Under the pieces are notes generated by a model. The model made no database searches. It was not told where the DNA came from and was given only the letters and a program-made list of their open reading frames with translations. A stretch of 64,000 bases of DNA. Origin: Macrostomum hystrix (taxonomy: Eukaryota > Animalia > Platyhelminthes). Positions within the stretch are counted from its first letter, which is position 1. Every line of letters begins with the position of its first letter. Both the position numbers and the translations under genes were made by a program. Shown one piece after another: positions 39,201 through 50,286 of this stretch. The stretch spans positions 34,348,001 to 34,412,000 of the forward strand of contig CATNEN010000038.1 in NCBI GenBank assembly GCA_950097015.1, given 5' to 3'.

Positions 39201-40452
39201 TTGGCGAACGTTGGCGCTGACATCTACCACCGGAGCCTTCGAGGCGACGCCATGGATCTGGCGAAACGAGCCAAGCGAACTCAAACGATTGAGCTGCTGC
39301 TCAGGCTCGACAGAGAGCGAAGCCAAATCACCAGAAGCTGCACCTGGGACGTGGTCATCTCCCCCGAGCCGTCAAGGTAAAATATAGTATGGTCCATTCG
39401 TTCGAAGTGAATGATACATTCAATTTTATTTTTTAGTCCTCAATTAATATTCGACTTGTTAAATTTACCGAACAACATACAGCTGTAGCTTTCGATAACA
39501 ATATTTTTAAACTGTCTCAAAACCAATGCTAATTAATAAAAATTCTGGCCCTATTCTCCGCAGAGGTACTAAAAGTTCTCCGTTGCAACTCGATGCTGGA
39601 CAAAGTGGACGGCCGGATTTGCCTGCGGAACCGGAAAATCCTTCCCTGAACTCCAGCGTAGTGACGCCCATCTGCGGCTATCAGTACTCAATGCGCTCAA
39701 ACCCTCGCGGCATCTGCGTCGTCATCAACAACGAGGAGTTTGTCGATAGCGAAGCAACCCCTCGGATGGGCTCCAGGAAAGATGTGGAACGCCTGCAGAC
39801 ATTGTTTAGAGACAAGCTGAAATTTCGAGTGCAGGTGCACCAGAATCTAGACGCTCGCGACATTCTCGCCCTAATGAACTCATTGGCCGCGTGCGATCGG
39901 CACACCAAGTTTGACTGCTTCGTCGCCTTCATCATGTCCCACGGTGAGTTAGACTCCGTGCTGGGCTGCGACGGCGAGAGGGTCGGCCTGGACGACATCT
40001 TCGCCCCGTTCCAGCGATGCAAATCGTTGCAGCGAAAGCCGAAGCTGTTCTTCCTGCAGGCCTGCCGGAAACTCCCGGAAGAGTCCAACATCGATCAAGT
40101 CGCTAGACAAGACAGTAGAACCGACCAATCTGGGGGCAATTTAAATAGGATGATTTCCGAGAAACTTGACTTCCTCTTCTCCTACGCAGTGACGAAAGGG
40201 GACTTCGCTCTAAGGTGCCCCGAAACTGGCAGCCTCTTCATCCAGAATCTGTGCCATGTGATTGAGACGCATCACAATGAGCATCACCTTTGCGCCATGC
40301 TGAACATGGTCCGACAAATTCTCGGTCAACGACCAGTGCCTGCACCTGCTGACCTGGGAGACGGTCGGGAAATTATTTTCAACCTGCCATCGGAGACAAC
40401 TCAGCTACAAGGCGACGTCTGGTTCAAGGACCTAGATCAGCAATCGCAGTAA
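36209..40452 (+). CDS. Ankyrin-repeat/caspase fusion protein (~1063 aa). Exons 36209-37047, 37715-38380, 38579-39376, 39564-40452
   Basis: Three ankyrin-array exons (GNTALH, GATPLH, GWTALM, GFSALH...) are joined by phase-2 GT-AG introns to a complete C14A caspase exon: PRGICVVINN, RMGSRKD, IMSHG, KPKLFFLQACR, DFLFSYA, R..ETGSLFIQ. Confidence 0.85.
37088..37170 (+). mobile_element. Head-only fragment of SINE family B
   Basis: GGTTGTAGCCTAGTATTTAAAGC..GACTCAAGACTTAAAGGTCGTGGGTTCGATT. Confidence 0.65.
37213..37541 (-). mobile_element. tRNA-derived SINE, family A (full length, antisense, in intron 1 of the ANK-caspase gene)
   Basis: Reverse complement GGGGTCGGTGGCAGAGCGGTTAACGCGTTTGCCTC...CCCTGAGTTCGATTCCGTGGCGAGGCCAC is colinear with 4120-4472. 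Confidence 0.8.
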
Positions 40453-40949
40453 AAATTATTATACAGTTGTCGGTTGATAAGTCCATCGACGGCAGTGAGC
40501 GTGCATAATTTAGCATGTCCGAGTATCAAAGCATATAGGTTCTGCAGAGATTCGCTTTTGCTTTCTAAGATCTAGATCATCCATGATTAACCTTTTCGAC
40601 ACTTGACAATGACTTCTTTAAAACTTATCTTTACAGAAAAGAAATGACCTGTATAGACGTTTTTTCTGAGCATAAATTTTGTGTTCCTCTGAGCAAATCA
40701 AGCAATGAGATAATTAATCAAGCAAATGAGCTTTCATTTTTCCCCTCTCGATGGTTTTTTTATGATTTACTAATTATAAGCATAATAATCCTAAGATTAA
40801 CGCTATTATCAGAACAAATACGACTCGTACTCGTATGTAGACACTAAAAGCATAGCTTTATAGAAGTTTTCCGTTGATAGACGGTCTTAGAAGCCTTTGC
40901 CCCCTCTGTGTAATAGCATTAATAATACTATACCGTATTGAAGGAATGA

Positions 40950-43900
40950 GAGAAGTCTGGAATGGGAATGAGAGAAGTCTAGCTGGTATGGGAATCAGAA
41001 GTCTGGTATGGGAACCAGAAGTCTAGCTGGTATGGGAATCAGAAGTCTGGTATGGGAACCAGAAGTCTAGCTGGTATGGGAATCAGAAGTCTGGAATGGG
41101 AATCAGAAGTCTGGAATGGGAATCAGAAGTCTGGAATGGGAATCAGAAGTCTGGAATGGGAATCAGAAGTCTGGAATGGGAATCAGAAGTCTGGAATGGG
41201 AATCAGAAGTATGGAATGGGAATCAGAAGTCTGGTATGGGAATCAGAAGTATGGTATGGGAATCAGAAGTATGGAATGGGAATCAGAAGTCTGGTATGGG
41301 AATCAGAAGTCTGGTATGGGAATCAGAAGTATGGAATGGGAATCAGAAGTCTGGTATGGGAATCAGAAGTCTGGTATGGGAATCAGAAGTCTGGTATGGG
41401 AATCAGAAGTCTGGTATGGGAATCAGAAGTCTGGAATGGGAATCAGAAGTCTGGAATGGGAATCAGAAGTCTGGAATGGGAATCAGAAGTCTGGAATGGG
41501 AATCAGAAGTCTGGAATGGGAATCAGAAGTCTGGTATGTGAATCAGAAGTATGGTATGGGAATCAGAAGTATGGAATGGGAATCAGAAGTCTGGTATGGG
41601 AATCAGAAGTCTGGTATGTGAATCAGAAGTATGGTATGGGAATCAGAAGTCTGGTATGGGAATCAGAAGTCTGGAATGGGAATCAGAAGTATGGAATGGG
41701 AATCAGAAGTATGGTATGGGAATCAGAAGTATGGTATGGGAATCAGAAGTCTGGTATGGGAATCAGAAGTCTGGTATGGGAATCAGAAGTCTGGAATGGG
41801 AATCAGAAGTCTGGAATGGGAATCAGAAGTCTGGTATGGGAATCAGAAGTATGGAATGGGAATCAGAAGTCTGGAATGGGAATCAGAAGTATGGAATGGG
41901 AATCAGAAGTCTGGAATGGGAATCAGAAGTATGGAATGGGAATCAGAAGTCTGGAATGGGAATCAGAAGTATGGAATGGGAATCAGAAGTCTGGTATGGG
42001 AATCAGAAGTATGGTATGGGAATCAGAAGTCTGGAATGGGAATCAGAAGTCTGGAATGGGAATCAGAAGTCTGGTATGTGAATCAGAAGTATGGTATGGG
42101 AATCAGAAGTATGGAATGGGAATCAGAAGTCTGGTATGGGAATCAGAAGTCTGGTATGGGAATCAGAAGTATGGAATGGGAATCAGAAGTCTGGTATGGG
42201 AATCAGAAGTCTGGAATGGGAATCAGAAGTCTGGTATGTGAATCAGAAGTCTGGTATGGGAATCAGAAGTCTGGAATGGGAATCAGAAGTCTGGAATGGG
42301 AATCAGAAGTCTGGAATGGGAATCAGAAGTCTGGAATGGGAATCAGAAGTCTGGAATGGGAATCAGAAGTCTGGTATGTGAATCAGAAGTATGGTATGGG
42401 AATCAGAAGTATGGAATGGGAATCAGAAGTCTGGTATGGGAATCAGAAGTCTGGTATGGGAATCAGAAGTATGGAATGGGAATCAGAAGTCTGGTATGGG
42501 AATCAGAAGTCTGGTATGGGAATCAGAAGTCTGGTATGGGAATCAGAAGTCTGGTATGGGAATCAGAAGTCTGGTATGGGAATCAGAAGTCTGGAATGGG
42601 AATCAGAAGTCTGGAATGGGAATCAGAAGTCTGGAATGGGAATCAGAAGTATGGAATGGGAATCAGAAGTCTGGAATGGGAATCAGAAGTATGGAATGGG
42701 AATCAGAAGTCTGGAATGGGAATCAGAAGTATGGAATGGGAATCAGAAGTCTGGTATGGGAATCAGAAGTATGGTATGGGAATCAGAAGTATGGAATGGG
42801 AATCAGAAGTCTGGTATGGGAATCAGAAGTCTGGAATGGGAATCAGAAGTCTGGAATGGGAATCAGAAGTCTGGAATGGGAATCAGAAGTCTGGAATGGG
42901 AATCAGAAGTATGGAATGGGAATCAGAAGTCTGGAATGGGAATCAGAAGTATGGAATGGGAATCAGAAGTATGGAATGGGAATCAGAAGTCTGGTATGGG
43001 AATCAGAAGTCTGGTATGGGAATCAGAAGTCTGGTATGGGAATCAGAAGTCTGGTATGGGAATCAGAAGTCTGGAATGGGAATCAGAAGTCTGGAATGGG
43101 AATCAGAAGTCTGGAATGGGAATCAGAAGTCTGGAATGGGAATCAGAAGTATGGAATGGGAATCAGAAGTCTGGAATGGGAATCAGAAGTATGGAATGGG
43201 AATCAGAAGTCTGGAATGGGAATCAGAAGTATGGAATGGGAATCAGAAGTCTGGAATGGGAATCAGAAGTATGGAATGGGAATCAGAAGTCTGGTATGGG
43301 AATCAGAAGTATGGTATGGGAATCAGAAGTATGGAATGGGAATCAGAAGTCTGGTATGGGAATCAGAAGTCTGGTATGGGAATCAGAAGTATGGAATGGG
43401 AATCAGAAGTCTGGAATGGGAATCAGAAGTCTGGAATGGGAATCAGAAGTCTGGAATGGGAATCAGAAGTCTGGAATGGGAATCAGAAGTCTGGAATGTG
43501 AATCAGAAGTATGGAATGGGAATCAGAAGTCTGGTATGGGAATCAGAAGTCTGGAATGGGAATCAGAAGTCTGGAATGGGAATCAGAAGTATGGAATGGG
43601 AATCAGAAGTCTGGTATGGGAATCAGAAGTCTGGTATGGGAATCAGAAGTATGGAATGGGAATCAGAAGTCTGGTATGGGAATCAGAAGTCTGGTATGGG
43701 AATCAGAAGTCTGGTATGGGAATCAGAAGTCTGGAATGGGAATCAGAAGTCTGGTATGGGAATCAGAAGTCTGGAATGGGAATCAGAAGTCTGGAATGGG
43801 AATCAGAAGTCTGGAATGGGAATCAGAAGTCTGGAATGGGAATCAGAAGTCTGGAATGGGAATCAGAAGTCTGGAATGGGAATCAGAAGTCTGGAATGGG

Positions 43901-44060
43901 AATCAGAAGTCTGGAATGGGAATCAGAAGTCTGGAATGGGAATCAGAAGTCTGGAATGGGAATCATAAGTCTGGAATGGGAATCAGAAGTCTGGAATGGG
44001 AATCAGAAGTCTGGAATGGGAATCATAAGTCTGGAATGGGAATCAGAAGTCTGGAATGGG
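40950..44060. repeat. 20-bp minisatellite AATCAGAAGT(C/A)TGG(A/T)ATG(G/T)G, ~155 units
   Basis: Tandem units read directly; variation is almost confined to three positions. Confidence 0.98.
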
Positions 44061-44727
44061 GAGCAGCAAAGAACTAATCCCCAGAGAACTAATGCCGCCC
44101 AGCAACTGGGAACCAATGCCCCCGAGTAACGGTGCAGTAAAAAAAACAAGTCAATTAATAATTAATTTTGAGAGATCTTGTAAATATTTATTTTTAATTT
44201 TAATCAAGTTAGTATAGCTAGTGCAAATAATGGTCTCATAGCTTTTTTTGTTGAGAAAGGAAAGCAGTTTCGAAGAAAATAAAGTAATTGTAATTATATT
44301 ATAACGTGTGTGCATATAAATTAGTTAAAATTAGTTCAGCAAAACTAAAAAAACTCATTTTTGGTATTTCAATTATTCAACCAGCTTTTGAATAAAGTCA
44401 ATTAATTCAGTATGTCACTCTCGCCGGCTCGGGTTTTAGCAAAAAGCATATACATTAAAGGAGAAATAATTTTACATATCAACTTAATTTAAGTTTGAGT
44501 TTTGGGAGGCTTTGAGTTTTAACGCCATAAAATAACTAGTAAGCTTATAATTTAAAGTTAAGTTAACACTTTATTAAAAAAAGAATCGTTCGTTAGTTCT
44601 GTAATTCACTGAATTCGTTCAACAAGTGAGTCTCGCGATTGATTCTCCTGACAATCTCTTGACATAGCCGCAGTTGAATTTTCCATCTTCCAGCATCTTC
44701 CAGAATTCAGAAGCTGCCAATCAAACT

Positions 44728-46854
44728 TCATAGCAATCCGGACACCATGCACTCGTAGGTCTTCATCGAGTAGATGTGCACCAGAGGGTAGACTACAGCT
44801 GCGCTTTGAAACGTCAATCCTGTGGCCCTCAATGAGCCAGTTAGGTTCAGGGCAGTCGGAGGTGTAAAGTAATTGCCATTCGGATTGAAACAGTGGCAGC
44901 TGGCGAACCACCACGAGCCTTGATATATAAGTGGGCAACTCACGGGAGAGGTATCCTGATCTTTATCCGGTGTGCTAAACTGGGCATTGTTGATGTAATT
45001 ATTAGAGGGAGCGGTGCGATTGCAAGGGAAAACATTCGAGTTGTCGATATCCTGCGGCCCGACGTTCACTCGGTAACCCTGGTCGACGCCCTGCACTGAG
45101 AAGTACGTGTCCTCCCACCAGTAGCGAGTGCCGTTCCAGTCACTCATCTCCCACCTCACTCGCCTGTCGCCGGCCCGAGTCAGATGGTGAATCGCCTCCA
45201 GACCCATCCAGTAGTTTCTGTCCTCTCCCTGACCGAATTCCGTCAGGTAGTCAGTCCAGTTGCGGTAGAAATCCACCGAGCCGTCCACTCGGTGCTGGAA
45301 GGTCCGCCAGCAGGTGCGCCCGAGCTCATCGAGACGCCTCACCTGCAATATTTAATCGTGATCGAATTACTTGTCAATGACTTCACGGTAAGCCTTCACA
45401 CGAGTCGGTCTCTGTTGTGAGGTGGGACTCTGAGAGTTGGAACATGAAATGGAGTGCAGGGACCCGGTCGCTGATAATGGTTTTGCTCCACACGAATGGA
45501 GCAACGCTAGGAAATGAAACTCGAGAGATTCTTAAAGTTTCGTAGCCAAAAAGGGTTGTTGCCTAGTAGGGTTTTAGCATGGTAGGGGGTTGTAGCATGG
45601 TAGGGGGTTGTAGCATGGTAGGGGGTTAGCATGAACAATAGTAATAACTATTCATATAGAACTAACTAGTCATAAAGAACAGTAGGTGGTTGTAGCATGG
45701 TAGGGGGTTAGCATGAACAATAGTAATAACTATTCATATAGAACTAACTAGTCATAAAGAACAGTAGGTGGTTGTAGCATGGTAGGGGGTTGTAGCATGG
45801 AAGGTGGTTGTAGCATGGTAATGAGTTGTAGCCTATTAGGGGTTTTGTAGCCTAGTAGGGGGTTGTAGCCTAGTAGGGGGTTGTAGCCTAGTAGGGGGTT
45901 GTAGCCTAGTAGGGGGTTGTAGCCTAGTAGGGGGTTGTAGCCTAGTAGGGGGTTGTAGCCTAGTAGGGGGTTGTAGCCTAGTAGGGGGTTGTAGCCTAGT
46001 AGGGGGTTGTAGCCTAGTAGGGGGTTGTAGCCTAGTAGGGGGTTGTAGCCTAGTAGGGGGTTGTAGCCTAGTAGGGGGTTGTAGCCTAGTAGGGGGTTGT
46101 AGCCTAGTAGGGGGTTGTAGCCTAGTAGGGGGTTGTAGCCTAGTAGGGGGTTGTAGCCTAGTAGGGGGTTGTAGCCTAGTTGGGGGTTTTGTAGCCTAGA
46201 GGTTAGAGTGTCAGATTAAATTCCTGACTCCACTATTACTACTCCCCTAGAATTACTATTAACTTCAGCATTGCATTGCTTAACTCTGCATTGCTTCAGT
46301 TCACCCAGCTGTTAAATGGGTACGAGCATTAGCTGGGGTTTGTGAGGGTAGACATGGCGTCCCCCAGTCCATGGACTGAACAGCCGCACTTCAGATGCGT
46401 CGCGCAATAGCTGCGACTGTGCTGTCGGCTGCACATTTGACCCATTTGGGGCAGGTGTGATCGATTATTATTATTCCTAATGATTATTAAGTTACGTGCT
46501 ATTGCGGACGGCCGTAAATGGCTTGGCAGTCAATGCTACAGTTAATGCAATTACCAGCAGCAGAGACAGGCTTGAGTTCCTGGCATTGCGGCACTTCCTG
46601 CAGCCATTTCGGCCCAGCTGGCAGCTGTACAGACGGCAGGTGCCGAGCTCGCCGGAACTGAACCGGACCGCCTGATGTCGAGACTCGGCCAAGATCGCGC
46701 ACTCCGAGTCGCTTCTGACATTGTTGACTACGGTATCGAGCTGGTACTCGCTCAGGTCGTCCCTCTGCACGACCCAATGGCTCTGGGCATCGGTCGCTTG
46801 TTGACAGCCGAGGCAAAGAAGAAGCAGCCTTATTAGAAGAGATATTTCTCTCAT
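44728..46854 (-). CDS. Secreted fibrinogen-related protein (FReP, ~304 aa): signal peptide, Cys-rich PAN/apple-like segment and fibrinogen C domain. Exons 46854-46555, 45342-44728
   Basis: W..FQHRVDGSVDFYRNWTDY..EFG, YWMGLEAIHHLT, FSTPDKDQD, GSWWFASCHCFNPNG. Phase-0 GT-AG intron. Confidence 0.85.
45555..46200. repeat. 18-bp minisatellite (GGGGGTTGTAGCCTAGTA)n plus GTAGCATGGTA variants, in the FReP intron
   Basis: About 19 perfect units at 45850-46180. Confidence 0.95.
46183..46475 (+). mobile_element. SINE family B copy with a disrupted head
   Basis: GTAGCCTAGAGGTTAGAGTG...CTTAACTCTGCATTGCTTCAGTTCACCCAGCTGTTAAATGGG...CCAGTCCATGGACTGAACAGCC...GGGGCAGGTGT followed by an (ATT)n tail. Confidence 0.8.
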
Positions 46855-47291
46855 TGCCTAATTATTGTTCTAGATGATACTTTTGGTATTGGCGCTCTTC
46901 TCATATGCAGTTTTTTGCTCCAAAGCAGACAGCCTTGCTATTAGCAAGCCCCAAAGTCGCACCATATTTATGGACAAAAAATATGACGATGCTGACTTCA
47001 GTTGGATAAACAAGTGATTTTTTATTCATAGGGGCTAGTAGGTAGCGACCGATGACCAAATATGTCCAACTGGTCAACTGTGCTATCCCAATTAACTTGG
47101 GAAATGCCATTTTTTGGAGTCTGTTTTAAAAGCCTCTGAACTCCGTTCCTGCTCAAAATTTGACGTTTGCCACCCAGAAAATTGCAATTTGGATTCTTTT
47201 TAATTGCAACCATTCAATTAACTGCATGGGTGAAGTTTTATATTTTAGCGAGGACATCGTTTCATCGTTTCTACCCTACAGAAAAAAAGGA

Positions 47292-47823
47292 TGTGACACA
47301 GTAGAGATGAGACACGGGAGAGATGAGACACGGGAGAGATGAGACACTAGAGATATGAGACACTAGAGATATGAGACACGGGAGAGATGAGACACGGTAG
47401 AGATGAGACACGGAAGAAATAAGACACGGGAGAGATGAGACACTAGAGATATGAGACACGGTAGAGATGAGACACGGAAGAGATGACACACGGGAGAGAT
47501 GAGACACGGGAGAGGTGTGACACAGTAGAGATGTGACACAGGAGAGATGTGACACAGTAGAGATGTGACACAGGAGAGATGTGACACAGGAGAGATGTGA
47601 CACAGGAGAGATGTGACACAGGAGAGATGTGACACAGGAGAGATGTGACACAGGAGAGATGTGACACAGGAGAGATGTGACACAGGAGAGATGTGACACA
47701 GTAGAGATGTGACACGGGAGACAGATAAGACACGGGAGACAGATAAGACACGGGAGACAGATAAGACACGGGAGACAGATAAGACACGGGAGACAGATAA
47801 GACACGGGAGACAGATAAGACAC
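47292..47823. repeat. 16-bp minisatellite (GAGACACGGGAGAGAT; reverse complement of the 6336-7035 unit) switching to an 18-bp variant
   Basis: Read directly. Confidence 0.92.
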
Positions 47824-48580
47824 TTAATACACTTAGTCCCACCCTCCCAGTTTTGTAATGCATTCTGTGCATCATTAAAATGTTTTTAACTCCCAAAGCC
47901 CACTAATTCTCCCCGGACCATTGCTGCTGCAAGTGCAGGCAGCAAATGGGCATGTACTAAAAACAGAGCAGAAATATTATACATTGCTGCCAAAGTAAGG
48001 CATCAGCAGCAATGGCGAGGGAAAAGCTGTCTATTGGGTTGTTTCGATACCGAGATGCAGTTGGCTTACAAATTTGACACGATCAACGTCTGACCCACCC
48101 CGTTCCCTGTATATGCTATGCTGCCTGATGCAGCGGCAAATGAATACCAAATAGATTTTGGTGTACATAAGACAGTGCAATTTTTTGGATAATGTGCGCA
48201 CACGTTTCATCGTTTCTACCCTACAGAAAACAATGGTTTCGCAGCGCAGTGAGGGGTGTCTGCAATGCACCTTCTATTCCGTGATCCTATTCGTTTCCCT
48301 AGTCCACACATAACATAACAGGCAATGTCAATTGCTTATCCCTCCCATTGGCTGATACCAAACTGTGTCCCTAGAGATAGAGTAAGAGGGAGAAAATGGA
48401 GAGAGGGAATCAAACCAAAACAGGGATTCTTCGTGTGCGAGTGGTCGAAGCGTATGGATGAAGGCTTAGGTCGTTGCGTTGGAGGTTCGTGCTAAGAGAT
48501 AAAAATAATTGCCTAACAAGCCAGGAGCGAAAGCCCCACAGGAAAGCTTAAGAAATCAGCCACAATTTCGCTAAGAAAAA

Positions 48581-50258
48581 ATGTCTACTTTTCTCTCCCG
48601 TTTGCTCATTGTCTCGAACGCCACAGACGAGTGCGAGAATGTCAGCCGTTCCAATGCCGACCACCTGAACGGAATACCCGGCCTGCGAGCCTACAAAGTA
48701 TTCATGATAGTCCTGCCAGCTATGAACTTTCTACTCAACAGCATCTGCTTCGCCGTGTTCCGCTCCCTGAGCCGGCGCAGCGGCAACGACTTCCATCGCA
48801 TCCTTGCCTTCCTCGCTGGCAGTGACGCCCTGTTTCAGCTTGTGTTCGCCTGGCTGCACCTGCTGCTCTATCTCATGGAGAGCAACCTGCTGCGCCTGCC
48901 CAGTTTAGCCTCTGCGCTGCTTGTGGCCGGCTGCATGAGCGTCACAATGTACTCTGCCACCGTGCTGCATCTCATGCGCAACTGGCTAGTGGTGCTCATC
49001 AGCTACTACCGGCACAGGACCACTTCCGGCCTGCGCTCAGGCAAGGGCTGCCTGCTGAGTCCGCCGGCCTGGCCCAAGGCTGCCGGCTTCGTGGTCGCCT
49101 GCCTGCTCGTGTCGTTGCCGCGCGGCTTCGAGTTCAGCGTCATCACCTGTGCACCGCGACTCCAGGTGAGGGCAATTTTGCAAGATCATAAGGGGCTCTG
49201 GATCTATAAACGCCAAACTCACATTGTCCGGACCAGTGTGGGGGCTGATATCTTCTGTATCGTGCAACAGATTTTCAAAATATTTGTTGAATGAATGAAT
49301 TTTCTAAATGCTAGCTGAAGCTTGCGCGTCAACATGTTTTAGCTATAGTGAGCTGTGCTCAACGGAAATTTTAGAAAAAAATTTCCATTTAGCGGTGGCA
49401 ATTAGCGATGGTCACCTTAGAAAGGTGGTCACTTTTTTAGCTTAAGCTTCATGATTTATTCAAAACTTTTATCAACCAAATATTTTGAAATTATATTTCA
49501 CGACGCGAAGTTTCTAGATTCAGAGCTCCATGGCAAGACCAAGCTATACTTCAGCTGGGAATGGACTTTGGGGGCTGAGTCTGAGGGACTACAGGTCCTT
49601 GATCCATGCGCAGCTGATCGGTTGGCTGATCACACACACACGCACACAGGTGACACACATCGCCGGCTACCTGAACGACCGTCTAGCCTACCGAGTAGCC
49701 TACCAGGGCATCGTGCTCTTCCTGGCTCAGAGCGCGGGTCCCTTTCTGCTGCTCGCCTATTTCAGCGCCGTCCTCTGTCTTCGAGTTCGTCGTCAGGACG
49801 CCACCCGACGTAGTCTCACGGCGACAGCAGTGTTGGCGGATCCGACGCGACCGCAGCAGCACAGCCAGCATCACCATCATCAGCAGCAGTCTTACAGCTG
49901 CACCCGGATGGTGGCACTGCTGTGCGCCGCGTTTCTCCTGTGCGAGTCAGCCACAATGGCCAAGGTGGTGGACACAATGCAGGATCGGTTGCAGATGCTC
50001 GGCTACATAGCGAATTTATTGGTTACTGTCGATTCTACCCTAAACTGCCTCATCTACAGCTTTGCTAATCGCCAGTTTGGCGAAGAACTTCGTCGCCGAT
50101 TTCCTTGTTGTCGACGTGCCGATAGTCGGGCCACGGGAGGCGCCGCGGAGCCGATAGAACTCTGCCGACGAAGGCTCGTGGTGACTACCGCAGCCGCTCC
50201 GGCGATGGAGACTGCAACAGTTGCTGTGGTGCATCCGACTGCTAGGAGCGAATTTTGA
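48581..50258 (+). CDS. Orphan rhodopsin-class GPCR, peptide-receptor-like (~397 aa). Exons 48581-49165, 49650-50258
   Basis: Seven hydrophobic segments, N-terminal NxS/T sites, TM2 LAFLAGSD, TM3 RNWLVVLISYYRH, TM4 SLPRGFE, TM7 DSTLNCLIY..N..F. Phase-0 intron. Confidence 0.8.
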
Positions 50259-50286
50259 TCATTTTTCTGTGTTCTGCCAATTTGCA

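Noticed and set aside
36167-40452. Three separate ankyrin genes plus a stand-alone caspase gene
   Set aside because: Each ORF's stop codon falls inside a consensus splice donor, and matching phase-2 acceptors follow, so a single gene is far more parsimonious.
41052-44129. Long ORFs (up to 832 aa) in the 20-bp array, and similar periodic ORFs at 485-1774, 17881-19135, 26418-26949, 29664-30309 and 60023-60844
   Set aside because: They are translations of stop-free tandem repeats, open in several frames or strands, and several lie inside introns of real genes.
45371-45506. Extra FReP exon after the CTAG acceptor at 45507 (- strand)
   Set aside because: No recognisable domain content, stops near its end in all frames, and it would need an implausible ~28-nt intron. 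Exon 1 joins 45342 in frame without it.
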